A DNA stretch of 61,983 nucleotides, counting the filler. It is 5 parts of 5 records of this genome, joined end to end, with 100 filler letters (N's around TTAATTAATTAA, not from the genome) between each part and the next. Parts side by side here need not be neighbours in the genome. Positions count along the whole stretch, not along the records: positions 1 to 24,275 come from SRR31156797_12852; 4 more parts are not named here. The stretch is one strand, 5' to 3'. Shown piece by piece: positions 10,693-19,456 of the stretch (the stretch's first letter is position 1; the number at the start of each line of letters is the position of its first letter). The notes beneath the pieces were generated by a model that saw only the letters and a program-made list of their open reading frames with translations, did no database searches and was not told the origin of the DNA. The position numbers and the translations under genes are program-made.

Positions 10693-12501
10693 ATGCGAAA
10701 TATTGTTTTTGGACTTATTACTTTACTCATCATTGTTTATTCTTGTGCCAACCCGGGATATCCTACAGGAGGTCCAAAAGATGAAGATCCACCAATTTTA
10801 AAGAAATCCACACCAGAAATGAATGCCTTGAATTACAAGAAGGATGTGGTGGAAATTGAATTCGATGAAATTATTAAGCTTGATGATGTATTTCAGAAAT
10901 TTGTTGCATCTCCTCCCTTAAAAAAGCGACCAACTATTGAAGCCAGAGCTAATAAATTAAGAATTAAGTTTCATGAGGAGGAAGTGCTACAGGATAACAC
11001 CACTTACACGCTTGATTTTGCAGATGCAGTGCAGGATAATAACGAAGGAAATCCATTAGAGTCATTTGTGTTTTCTTTCTCTACCGGTGAAATTGTAGAT
11101 TCATTTGCCATTATGGGGAATGTTTGGGATGCTTTTGACCTGTCTCCAATTGAGGGAACCTTAGTGATGGCACATATAAATTTAAATGACACTGCCTTTA
11201 CTCACGATATTCCGGTACGATTAGGAAAAACGGATGCAGACGGTCATTTTGCAATCCGTAATCTGGCTCCCGGACAGTATAAAGTTTATGCCATCGAAGA
11301 TGGGAATCGTAATTATATGTTCGATCAGCCCGGAGAATATATTGCCTGGTATGATTCTATCGTTGTTCCTTCAATGGAATATGTTGACATTCCGGATACA
11401 TTAGAAACAGATTCTGTCGTTTTTCATAAAGAGTTGGTCTATCAGCCACACGATTTAAAATTATTTCAGTTTAAGGAAAAGAGCATTCAACAATATATGT
11501 TGGGTAATGAGCGCAAAGATTCTAACACACTGGCATTCTTTTTTAATTTACCACTCGAAAATTTCTCTATAGAACCCGTATTGCCAGAATATACCAACAA
11601 AGATTGGGCTGTTCTGGAGCCTTCTGTTGAGAATGATACCATGTTTGTTTGGATTACAGACAGTACTTTGTATAATAGAGATACGCTGAACATTTCTTAT
11701 TCATTTTTGGGGTTGGATACTTTGAATAATCCTTTACAGATAAAGGATACATTGAAGATGTATTATTTTAGAATGCCGGAGAAAACCACACGTCGAGATA
11801 AAAAGAAAGGGAAAGAAAAAGTAAAAACTTTGAATATGGCTAAAAAGTCAACGAAAGTAGATTTGTTTAAAGATTTTGCTTTTATAATGCCTACTCCGGT
11901 TAAAGAGATGGATATAGAATCATTTACGCTATACGAAAGAGTAGATACACTTTTAGAGGAAAGAGAATTTACATTGTTACAGGACTCTTTGTTTAAAAGA
12001 AGATACACTTTACATACCATAAGTAAATGGACACCGGGAGCCAGTTATTTATTGTCGGTTGATTCAGCTGCCATTGAAGATGTTTATGGTTTGAAAAATG
12101 ATTCTATTGGTGCTATGTTTTCTGTAAAAGGCATCGATTCTTATGGAACCCTACTCATAAATATGTTGAAAGGATATGATAATTGGTTAGTGCAATTGCT
12201 TGATAACAGCGATAGAGTAGTTCAGCAGAAATATGTTCCAAAAAATGGGAAGTTTGCATTCCAGTATTTAAAACCGGGTTCATACCAATTAAAACTGGTA
12301 TTGGATAATAACAAAAATGGAAAGTGGGATACAGGTAAGTATGATGAAAAAAGGCAACCTGAGAATGTATATTATTATGGTGATAAAGTTGATGTAAGAG
12401 CTAATTGGGATGTTTCGGTTGAATGGAATGTAGATGATTTTGACCTGTATAAATATGTGGAGGAAAACAGGAAGTCGGTCAGAAGACAAGATGAACTATA
12501 G
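10693..12501 (+). CDS. Ig-like (Big_5) domain lipoprotein
   Basis: Lipobox YSC followed by ANPGYPTGGPKDEDPP; NTTYTLDF...DNNEGNP; C-terminal DNNKNGKWDTG...QPE. Confidence 0.85.
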   Translation: MRNIVFGLITLLIIVYSCANPGYPTGGPKDEDPPILKKSTPEMNALNYKKDVVEIEFDEIIKLDDVFQKFVASPPLKKRPTIEARANKLRIKFHEEEVLQDNTTYTLDFADAVQDNNEGNPLESFVFSFSTGEIVDSFAIMGNVWDAFDLSPIEGTLVMAHINLNDTAFTHDIPVRLGKTDADGHFAIRNLAPGQYKVYAIEDGNRNYMFDQPGEYIAWYDSIVVPSMEYVDIPDTLETDSVVFHKELVYQPHDLKLFQFKEKSIQQYMLGNERKDSNTLAFFFNLPLENFSIEPVLPEYTNKDWAVLEPSVENDTMFVWITDSTLYNRDTLNISYSFLGLDTLNNPLQIKDTLKMYYFRMPEKTTRRDKKKGKEKVKTLNMAKKSTKVDLFKDFAFIMPTPVKEMDIESFTLYERVDTLLEEREFTLLQDSLFKRRYTLHTISKWTPGASYLLSVDSAAIEDVYGLKNDSIGAMFSVKGIDSYGTLLINMLKGYDNWLVQLLDNSDRVVQQKYVPKNGKFAFQYLKPGSYQLKLVLDNNKNGKWDTGKYDEKRQPENVYYYGDKVDVRANWDVSVEWNVDDFDLYKYVEENRKSVRRQDEL

Positions 12502-12525
12502 TTTTAATCATTAAAAAATAAAGTC

Positions 12526-12837
12526 ATGTCAGTATTAGTAAATTTTGCCATGTTTCCAACGGATGCAGGTGTTAGCAAAAGTGAACCTGTTAGTAAAGTA
12601 ATTGATTTTATTAAAAATATCGGAGTGAGTTATACTTTTGGTGCTATGGGTACAACTATTGAAACCAATACTATGCCGGAAGCACTGGAAATTATCAATA
12701 AGGCCTATCAAATTCTCGAAAAAGATCATGAGCGTATTTATACTACCGTAACGATTGATGCCCGTAAAGGTGAGATGGGAAGAATGACCAATAAAATTAA
12801 TGCTGTTGAAAGTAAAATTGGTAAGGTTAATAAATAA
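12526..12837 (+). CDS. MTH1187/YkoF-like thiamine-binding protein
   Basis: FAMFP...S.S..V...GAMGTTIE...RIYTTVTIDAR pattern. Confidence 0.8.
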   Translation: MSVLVNFAMFPTDAGVSKSEPVSKVIDFIKNIGVSYTFGAMGTTIETNTMPEALEIINKAYQILEKDHERIYTTVTIDARKGEMGRMTNKINAVESKIGKVNK

Positions 12838-12841
12838 GCCA

Positions 12842-13681
12842 ATGTGTAAGTATTGTGCTCGCCTAAAGGTGCTTCTTGTGCTATTTGTAGCTGGCTTAGT
12901 TAGTGTTAATGAGGTGAATGCACAATGTAATGTTCAGAATTATACTTTTCAGGGAGGCGAGGTTGTAACATACCATGCCTATTATAATTGGCATTTTATT
13001 TGGCTTAATGCCGGGATTGTGCACTTTTCAGTAGAGGACAAAAACTACAATAATACAGATTGTTGGTTTTTATCGGCTTATGGAAGAACTTATAGTGGAT
13101 ACGACAGATTTATGATGGTGCGCGACACCTTTGAAGTATATGTAGATAAGAACAGATTTGCGCCTTTATATTATAGACGTGCGACTAATGAAGGAAGCAC
13201 GCACTCCAAACATAATTACTGGTTTAATTACGAAACCAATACGGTAAAGGCCAGGTTTCAAAGGGAAGATGAGACAGAATTAAAGGATAGTGCACTGATA
13301 CTACAGGATTGTACTTCCGATTTACTGACTATGGTTTACAAGGCTCGCAACATAGATTATTCTCAATACAAGGAGGATGATAAAATCCCCATTAGAATGA
13401 TTGTAGATAGTAAAATCTACGATTTATACATTCGCTATTTAGGGAAAGAAACCATAAAGAACAGAGATGGACGCCAGTTTAGATGTTTAAAGTTTTCTCC
13501 ATTATTAGTGGCAGGTACTATTTTTAAATCAGGGGAAGATATGACGGTGTGGGTGACAGATGATGATGCCCGTATTCCAATTATTGTGGAGGCGAAAGTA
13601 CTGGTAGGTTCAGTAAAGGCTGTATTTGTTGATGCTCAAGGTTTAAAAAATCCTATTGAAGCAGAGGTATTTGAAGATTAA
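12842..13681 (+). CDS. DUF3108-family protein
   Basis: Signal peptide; YNWHFIWLNAG, VRDTF and VWVTDDDARIPI...VGSVK motifs; ATG 12842. Confidence 0.8.
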   Translation: MCKYCARLKVLLVLFVAGLVSVNEVNAQCNVQNYTFQGGEVVTYHAYYNWHFIWLNAGIVHFSVEDKNYNNTDCWFLSAYGRTYSGYDRFMMVRDTFEVYVDKNRFAPLYYRRATNEGSTHSKHNYWFNYETNTVKARFQREDETELKDSALILQDCTSDLLTMVYKARNIDYSQYKEDDKIPIRMIVDSKIYDLYIRYLGKETIKNRDGRQFRCLKFSPLLVAGTIFKSGEDMTVWVTDDDARIPIIVEAKVLVGSVKAVFVDAQGLKNPIEAEVFED

Positions 13682-13763
13682 ATATGTTTGAGTTCAAAAT
13701 CTGGTTTGCTTAAAGAACCTCAGATGTGTAACTTTATAAGAAAGTGTTTGAGTGTTTTGCAAA

Positions 13764-14546
13764 ATGGGGAAATTAGAAAACTATATAAATGAACTACTGT
13801 TAGAATTTCAATGCAATATAAAAGAAGTGCGTAAACACGGTGATGAAGAATCGATTCACGCATTAAGACTTTCTTTAAAGCGCATTTTTACCCTTATTAA
13901 ATTTATCGACTTCATAGAAATTCAATTTTCTTCGGAACCATCTGGTGTTCGCAAAACTTTAAAACAACTATTTAAACAATTAGGAGAGATACGGGATTTA
14001 CAGTTAGCCTTAAAAACGCAAAAGCTTATTTTAGGAGGTAAATCATTAAAAAAGATGGAGCGTATAATTAAGCCTATTCAGAAATTTCATAAAGCACAAT
14101 TGTTGCATATTCTCAATAATTTTAATGCTCAAGAAGTGAGTGATCGGTTAGGAGAGCTACTTAGGATTTTAACTTGTTTTAAAAAGAAATACCTGATTGA
14201 TCAAGTTCGTTTGAAATTAGAAGAGGATATACAAAGTGTTGGTTTTTGTTTGGCACAGAGTAAAGTAGATTATCATTTAATCCGGAAAAAAATAAAGCAG
14301 CAGTACTATTTATTGTTGTGGATAAAAACAATATCCAAAGAAAAAGTCAAGCAAAGCGCTTTTGAGTTGAGAAGGCAATTGGCAGAGCTATTGGGAACGT
14401 GGAATGATGTTGAAATGATGCAGCTCGTTTGTCGTCAGGTTGATTATAGCTTTTCTGATAAGGAAAAACTAAAATTGAATTTGTATCAAAGTAGTATTGA
14501 AAAGCAGTTGAGTCATGCGGAAATAAATCAGGCTATCCGAATTTAA
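13764..14546 (+). CDS. CHAD domain protein (polyphosphate-binding family)
   Basis: IHALRLSLKR, LGEIRDLQ, HLIRKKIK and LGTWND motifs. Confidence 0.85.
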   Translation: MGKLENYINELLLEFQCNIKEVRKHGDEESIHALRLSLKRIFTLIKFIDFIEIQFSSEPSGVRKTLKQLFKQLGEIRDLQLALKTQKLILGGKSLKKMERIIKPIQKFHKAQLLHILNNFNAQEVSDRLGELLRILTCFKKKYLIDQVRLKLEEDIQSVGFCLAQSKVDYHLIRKKIKQQYYLLLWIKTISKEKVKQSAFELRRQLAELLGTWNDVEMMQLVCRQVDYSFSDKEKLKLNLYQSSIEKQLSHAEINQAIRI

Positions 14547-14559
14547 CAAATAGCCTGAT
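14527..14559. terminator. Likely bidirectional terminator between convergent genes
   Basis: 10-bp inverted repeat ATCAGGCTAT/ATAGCCTGAT. Confidence 0.55.
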
Positions 14560-14580
14560 ATATTATTTTCTACTTCAAAC

Positions 14581-16536
14581 TTAGTTTAAAGCCATATTTT
14601 CTTGTGGTTTTGAAACTACAATTTTCTGGTTTAATTTTTCAATGATGGTTTTGTATAACGATTTAAGCTCGTTATATGCCGAAGCTGGATACGTTGGCTT
14701 TTTAAGCTGGTAAACAGCTGATATCACAATTTTATTTTCTTCTTTTTGCACATTAAAAGCGATAGCAGTATTATCTGTGTTTTTGTTAATTGGTTCAGGT
14801 AGTTGTTCAACCTGATATCCTTCTGGAATTGTAATTTCTGCCAGGTATGTCTTAGTTACCGGGTTAATCAAATCTATATTTAACTCTCTTTCTTCCTGCT
14901 TAAAAGGGTTGGACTGAATGGCCATGTGCATAAAAGGTTTAAAAATCATAAGTCCGTCAATCTGATCGATTTTACTGTTAAAGGAAAAATCGTAGTTAAA
15001 CATTCTTGTATTTTCTTCCAGCTCAGCAATATTGATATCGCCAATCAGGTTTAAACCTCGTTTATGAAGATTTTCCTTAAACTTTTTATCATCTCGCTCA
15101 TAGGATTTCTTCTCCTTTATGGATTCGTAGCCCTTGGTTTGAACAATAATTTTCCCGGTTAACTCATTTTTTTCAGGATCAAGTTTGTAGCTAAACCGGG
15201 TAGCTGTTACAGAAGGAACATTGTTTTTAATCGTAATCCAGTTTTCACTGCCTTGTTTCACCAGGTATCCATTGCCATTATAGTATGATTCTGGCATCAT
15301 ATTATTGGGGCAGTATGCATCGGTTGCATCCAGTAAAACTTCTTTGTCTTTTAAGCGAGCCAGAATAATCACATTATTAAATAAATCACTGAAAGGAAAA
15401 TCGCTATTTATCTTACCATGATCTCTTGTACTTATAATTACCGGATCAGCATTTATGCCCACGCTGCGCAAATATCCTAAGGCCATTAAGTTAATGTTGG
15501 CTGTATTTCCGGTTTTTTCGGTGGTAAATTCTTTTATGGATTTAGCAGCCCATTTATTGATATAACCATTGTGTTTGTAGTTGTATTTCATATGATTTAA
15601 AATGGCTTCCACTTTTTCGTCTTCAGATGCATTCAGTAAAGCCACGAATTCTTTCTTTCCAATCTTTTCAGCCTTTTTAATATACTTTCCAAATTCTGCA
15701 CTTTCTAAAAAATCTTTGGATAACTCGGGCCAGGTAGTCATGATTTTTTGTTTTCTTCCATCCGGGTAATTAATTTCAGACAATTGGAAATCAATTTTTT
15801 TAATGTAATCTTCTCTTGATGAAATAAAGCTTTCGTCTTTAAAAGAGCCTACGTTTTTCAAACCAAAAGTATAGGTTAAGTCTTGAAATTCAAGCCCCAT
15901 AAAACTTTGAGCTATTCCTTTATCAGTATCCTTACTAAAATGATCAAATTGGGTAAAGCCTTGAGCTCTGAACATGTATGTGTAAAAAGGAATCATGCTT
16001 GTTTTGTATTCACTATAAATGGTAGGTATGTTCGACTGAAATTCCCAGTCTGGCAGATGAAACATAAATGGAGAAAGTATAGTGTACTTCACATCAAGAA
16101 TGCAGCCTTCTTTAATATTAGGCAGGGCAAATTTTTTTCGATACCAGTATTTATTAATGGGTTCTTCAAATATTTGCTCGTCTTTAAGAACTGTTTTTTC
16201 CATTGTGCCATTATTGACAAAAAAAGTGGTTGCTTTAATATCTCGAACCCTTTCTCTGTCAGAGTTACCTATGTATAATTCAATTGAAAAATTGGCTTGG
16301 TCAAATGCAGCTTCTTTAAAAATTTTAACGCGTTTATGTCGTTCAAATTTCAAAATAAATCCACCATCCTCTTGAATAAAACGAGCAGATCCTTTATCGA
16401 ATATGGTAACCGCTGGTGCATCAGGTTCAAAATCGCATTTTGTCATTTTTAAATAATCAATGCTCTCTTCATTTTGAGACCATAGTTGAATTGAAAAAAA
16501 CAGTGCGCAGGATAGGTATAGAATAGTTCTCCTCAT
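14581..16536 (-). CDS. DUF3857 + transglutaminase-like protein (catalytic Cys apparently absent)
   Basis: Signal peptide; PDAPAV...RVKI, FALPNIKEGCIL and WEFQSNIP motifs; TGNTANINL at the usual GxC position; ISTRDHG, LLDAT. Confidence 0.85.
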   Translation of the reverse strand: MRRTILYLSCALFFSIQLWSQNEESIDYLKMTKCDFEPDAPAVTIFDKGSARFIQEDGGFILKFERHKRVKIFKEAAFDQANFSIELYIGNSDRERVRDIKATTFFVNNGTMEKTVLKDEQIFEEPINKYWYRKKFALPNIKEGCILDVKYTILSPFMFHLPDWEFQSNIPTIYSEYKTSMIPFYTYMFRAQGFTQFDHFSKDTDKGIAQSFMGLEFQDLTYTFGLKNVGSFKDESFISSREDYIKKIDFQLSEINYPDGRKQKIMTTWPELSKDFLESAEFGKYIKKAEKIGKKEFVALLNASEDEKVEAILNHMKYNYKHNGYINKWAAKSIKEFTTEKTGNTANINLMALGYLRSVGINADPVIISTRDHGKINSDFPFSDLFNNVIILARLKDKEVLLDATDAYCPNNMMPESYYNGNGYLVKQGSENWITIKNNVPSVTATRFSYKLDPEKNELTGKIIVQTKGYESIKEKKSYERDDKKFKENLHKRGLNLIGDINIAELEENTRMFNYDFSFNSKIDQIDGLMIFKPFMHMAIQSNPFKQEERELNIDLINPVTKTYLAEITIPEGYQVEQLPEPINKNTDNTAIAFNVQKEENKIVISAVYQLKKPTYPASAYNELKSLYKTIIEKLNQKIVVSKPQENMALN

Positions 16537-16546
16537 TTTAATTTTG

Positions 16547-18379
16547 TTAAAAGGTTATGATTGCTTTTTGATGATCCTTTAAGCAGGATTCAGTTATAAA
16601 CTTGTTGAATTCAGGGTATTCATCTTTTAAATATCTTCCTTGTTTAATTTGAAAAGTTCTAATCACCATCAATTGGTTTTCCTTTATCTCAAAGTGTTTT
16701 TTATACAGACCATAAGGTGTTTTATTCGATATATTTTCTAATCCTATTAGTTTTTGAATCGGCTTATTAAAATGGTAGGCGACAGTATCGCATCGGTTGA
16801 ATGGGCTTGAAATGAAAACATCTGTTTGCCTTGTGGAATCAGGTGTTAATTGGTATGAGATAGGTCGGAAAGGACTTAAAAGAATTTTCGAACCTAGTTT
16901 TTCGAAAAGTTGATCTACCTTACCTTTTAATTGCAGATGGATAAAACACGAATCGCGATGAGGCCGGTTAATTTTAAATTCTTCCACATCTGTTTTATAA
17001 TTAAAACCAATGTAGTCAATCGATTCTTTTTTATCACTTTCTGAAAGATGGTTATTAAAGGCCTTAAGATTGTCGAAAGAGGCTCCCCGCAAATTTGCAT
17101 TACATTCGAAACTAACCATATCTGAAATATGAATTTGAGTGTAATAAGTATCCATACTTTCATTTAAGGATAATGCTGGAGTTTGTACCAGTTTACTGTT
17201 GTCCTGAATGTTTAATAAAGCTTTTCGGTTTTGAGTAAAAGTACCCAGATAGTTAAACGGAGAGGTTTTGTCTGTGCATTCCAGCCATATAGTATCCTTT
17301 TGCAAAGGAACACAAAGTATGATGTGGTTAAATTGGTTGGAAGGAAAATCGGAGTTAATTCTGTTGGGTTTATCACCAGCATAAATGGTTGTGTAAATTG
17401 ATTCGATTCCTGCTTCTTTAAGTAAAGCCATGGTGTAATTACTTAGGGCTTTGCAATCTCCATGTTTGTTATTGCACACATAGGTAGCCGGATGAGGAAC
17501 TAAGCCTCCAATATCTTCGGAAACATAAATATAACGTGTGTTATCCTGCATGTAATGATACAGCGTCTTAATTTTTTCGGTTTTATTTGGCAGGTGATCT
17601 GTGAGTTGATGTACCTTATTTTTTTCCTGCTCGGTTAAAACGTCCAAGCCTTTTGCTAAGTCGCAATGCCAGTTCCCAAAATCCTTCCAGGTGTTGGCGC
17701 TTCCCGGAATACCGTAGGTAAACTGATGCGGAATAACAACCACATGCGGAAGCTGGTCTTTCAAATGAGGAGCGTAAGATTCATATTCGGGATACTCGAA
17801 ATGATTGACATGCCAGTGTAGTGTTTTGCTTTCTTCGTTTTTAACAACGTAGGCTGTATCGGTTTTAAAACTATAAATATTGAGTTCTTCGTTTAAGGGA
17901 ACTTCAACGCTCAGAGAGGCCGATTTTACCGGAACATCTTTCCAAAGAGCCGGATTCCAGTCAGCCAAAGAAATATAGTTTTTAATAGTATAGGAATAGC
18001 TGTACTTAATGGTATATGGAAAGCGATTGTGAATTAAATCAAATGTCATTAAGCGCTGATCTGTATAAAACTCACTTTCGGAATAAGGCGTTCGGATGAT
18101 AATGTCTTTCTTTTTTAGTTTTCGGATTTCATTACCCCAAAAGTCGTGGATGGAGGCTTTTATATTTTTTACTGAATATGTATCTGAATAGGGGATAGCG
18201 ATTTCTGCATATTGTGCGCCTTTAGCATTGTTTATTTGAAGTTCTACCTCAATGTTTTCAACTACTTTTTTACCATCGTAGATGATTTGGGTAGTGTAGT
18301 TTTTTAGCTCAGCATTGTGCTTCGAAGCAGTTAGGATGGAGCAAAACAGTGTGAGTAAGGTCAGGAGTGTGATCCGCAT
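16547..18379 (-). CDS. DUF3857 + transglutaminase-like protein (Cys-His intact)
   Basis: YMQDNTRY, HGDCKALSNY, FNHIIL and WLECT motifs. Confidence 0.87.
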   Translation of the reverse strand: MRITLLTLLTLFCSILTASKHNAELKNYTTQIIYDGKKVVENIEVELQINNAKGAQYAEIAIPYSDTYSVKNIKASIHDFWGNEIRKLKKKDIIIRTPYSESEFYTDQRLMTFDLIHNRFPYTIKYSYSYTIKNYISLADWNPALWKDVPVKSASLSVEVPLNEELNIYSFKTDTAYVVKNEESKTLHWHVNHFEYPEYESYAPHLKDQLPHVVVIPHQFTYGIPGSANTWKDFGNWHCDLAKGLDVLTEQEKNKVHQLTDHLPNKTEKIKTLYHYMQDNTRYIYVSEDIGGLVPHPATYVCNNKHGDCKALSNYTMALLKEAGIESIYTTIYAGDKPNRINSDFPSNQFNHIILCVPLQKDTIWLECTDKTSPFNYLGTFTQNRKALLNIQDNSKLVQTPALSLNESMDTYYTQIHISDMVSFECNANLRGASFDNLKAFNNHLSESDKKESIDYIGFNYKTDVEEFKINRPHRDSCFIHLQLKGKVDQLFEKLGSKILLSPFRPISYQLTPDSTRQTDVFISSPFNRCDTVAYHFNKPIQKLIGLENISNKTPYGLYKKHFEIKENQLMVIRTFQIKQGRYLKDEYPEFNKFITESCLKDHQKAIITF

Positions 18380-18454
18380 TTATTTTGTTTTGCACGAATA
18401 TAAATATTTTGTGTGAATGGAGAAAGTTGAAGTAGCAGGAACGCAGATATCTTC

Positions 18455-18716
18455 ATTTAAAAAGTGCATGTAGACAGATTTATCCAGAAAAGTATCTTAT
18501 TAAAATGAATTGATGTATTTCTCCAAAGAAAAGTCTCATCTAAAATTCAGATTCTACTTTTCTTAAAAAAATGGCTTATCTAAAATTCATATGGCGTATT
18601 TCTGAATAGAAATGTGGCATCTAAAACTAAAATGCGACTTTTCTCAAAAAAAATAAGTTATCTGAATTAAAGATTCTCCATATTTTGATTGAAACACACA
18701 ATATGAATTTAAAAAG
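18455..18716. repeat. Degenerate ~40-41-bp tandem array built from two alternating short palindromes
   Basis: ATCT(A/G)AA-type unit starts at 18538, 18578, 18619 and 18660, with weaker copies at 18455, 18498 and 18701. Confidence 0.7.
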
Positions 18717-18750
18717 CAAAAAGAGACCATCTCAATTGAGACAGCCTCTT
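18711..18750 (-). terminator. Intrinsic terminator with no annotated gene directly upstream
   Basis: Minus strand AAGAGGCTGTCTC-AATT-GAGATGGTCTCTT-TTTGCTTTTT; 13-bp stem with 3 G-U pairs that form only on the minus strand. Confidence 0.85.
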
Positions 18751-18865
18751 GAATCTCGTATTCACTTAAACACAAAATATAAAAGTGCTCAAACTAAATT
18801 AAATTGATATGTATTAAGCAAATGGTTTGGCGAGATTATGTTTTAAAATATTCATTTGTTATGGT
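18711..18865 (-). ncRNA. Putative sigma54-dependent small RNA (~150 nt) carrying a 13-codon sORF
   Basis: Bounded by a sigma54 -24/-12 promoter and a strand-matched terminator; contains no long ORF. Confidence 0.55.
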
Positions 18866-18875
18866 TGAAATGATA

Positions 18876-18891
18876 TGCAAATAACTTGCCA
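18876..18891 (-). promoter_or_regulatory. Sigma54 (RpoN) -24/-12 promoter
   Basis: Minus strand TGGCAA-GTTAT-TTGCA versus consensus TGGCAC-N5-TTGCW; GG-N10-GC spacing is exact. Confidence 0.75.
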
Positions 18892-18934
18892 TAAACTACA
18901 ATACTGTATAATAAATAAATGTTTATTATTTAAC

Positions 18935-18960
18935 TTATTGTTACTTGTTATTGTTACTTG
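18935..18960. repeat. Perfect 13-bp tandem duplication
   Basis: TTATTGTTACTTG x2. Confidence 0.8.
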
Positions 18961-18999
18961 TGAAAGTATGTGTTTTAGTTGTTATTAATGAAAAATAAG

Positions 19000-19019
19000 A
19001 ATGACATATCTACGTCATT
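19000..19019. promoter_or_regulatory. Candidate enhancer (bEBP) site
   Basis: AATGAC-N8-GTCATT palindrome about 135-155 bp upstream of the predicted sigma54 start site. Confidence 0.4.
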
Positions 19020-19272
19020 TATGCGGCATTTTGTTTAGTGTTTTGTAAATGAGCGTGAAGTGAGGATGTTTTTTTCATAGTTTGTTAAGATTTTGTATGG
19101 GTGTTTTATAGATTTAGAGTGCTGAAATAGATCTTATAAAATTAAATAGCAAGCAAAGTAGTAGTGAATATATTTTTGTAATATGTTTTTTAGGAAAGAG
19201 TATTCTTGCTTTAGTTGCTATTTATTCTATTATTGGGGAGTTTTGTTTTGTCAATAGGGAAAATATAAACAT

Positions 19273-19343
19273 GAAAAAGTCTGTTACTTTGCATCATGAT
19301 TCGCCACCCCAGCAACTCATAACACAAATAAACAGACTTTTTC
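19273..19343 (-). terminator. 71-nt hairpin downstream of the nif operon (terminator or structured 3' element)
   Basis: Perfect 13-bp outer IR GAAAAAGTCTGTT/AACAGACTTTTTC; the inner arms pair on the minus strand via G-U. Confidence 0.55.
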
Positions 19344-19456
19344 GAGTAGTAGGAATGGCCATGAACCATCCCCTGCGTAACCTATATCCTTGTGCCAAAG
19401 GTTAAAAGGTTAGCCAATTTATTGGAATAATTATAAGACAATAGTATAATTTCTTT

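Noticed and set aside
18455-18716. CRISPR or TIGR-type guide array
   Set aside because: Repeats are degenerate, the variable parts are only 5-6 nt, and no cas or Nop-domain gene is present on the contig
19273-19343. Integron attC site
   Set aside because: GTT precedes AAC, the reverse of the RYYYAAC...GTTRRRY order; no cassette array or integrase
19380-19400. Second sigma54 promoter (minus strand TTGGCACAAGGATATAG)
   Set aside because: Good -24 element but no GC at -12
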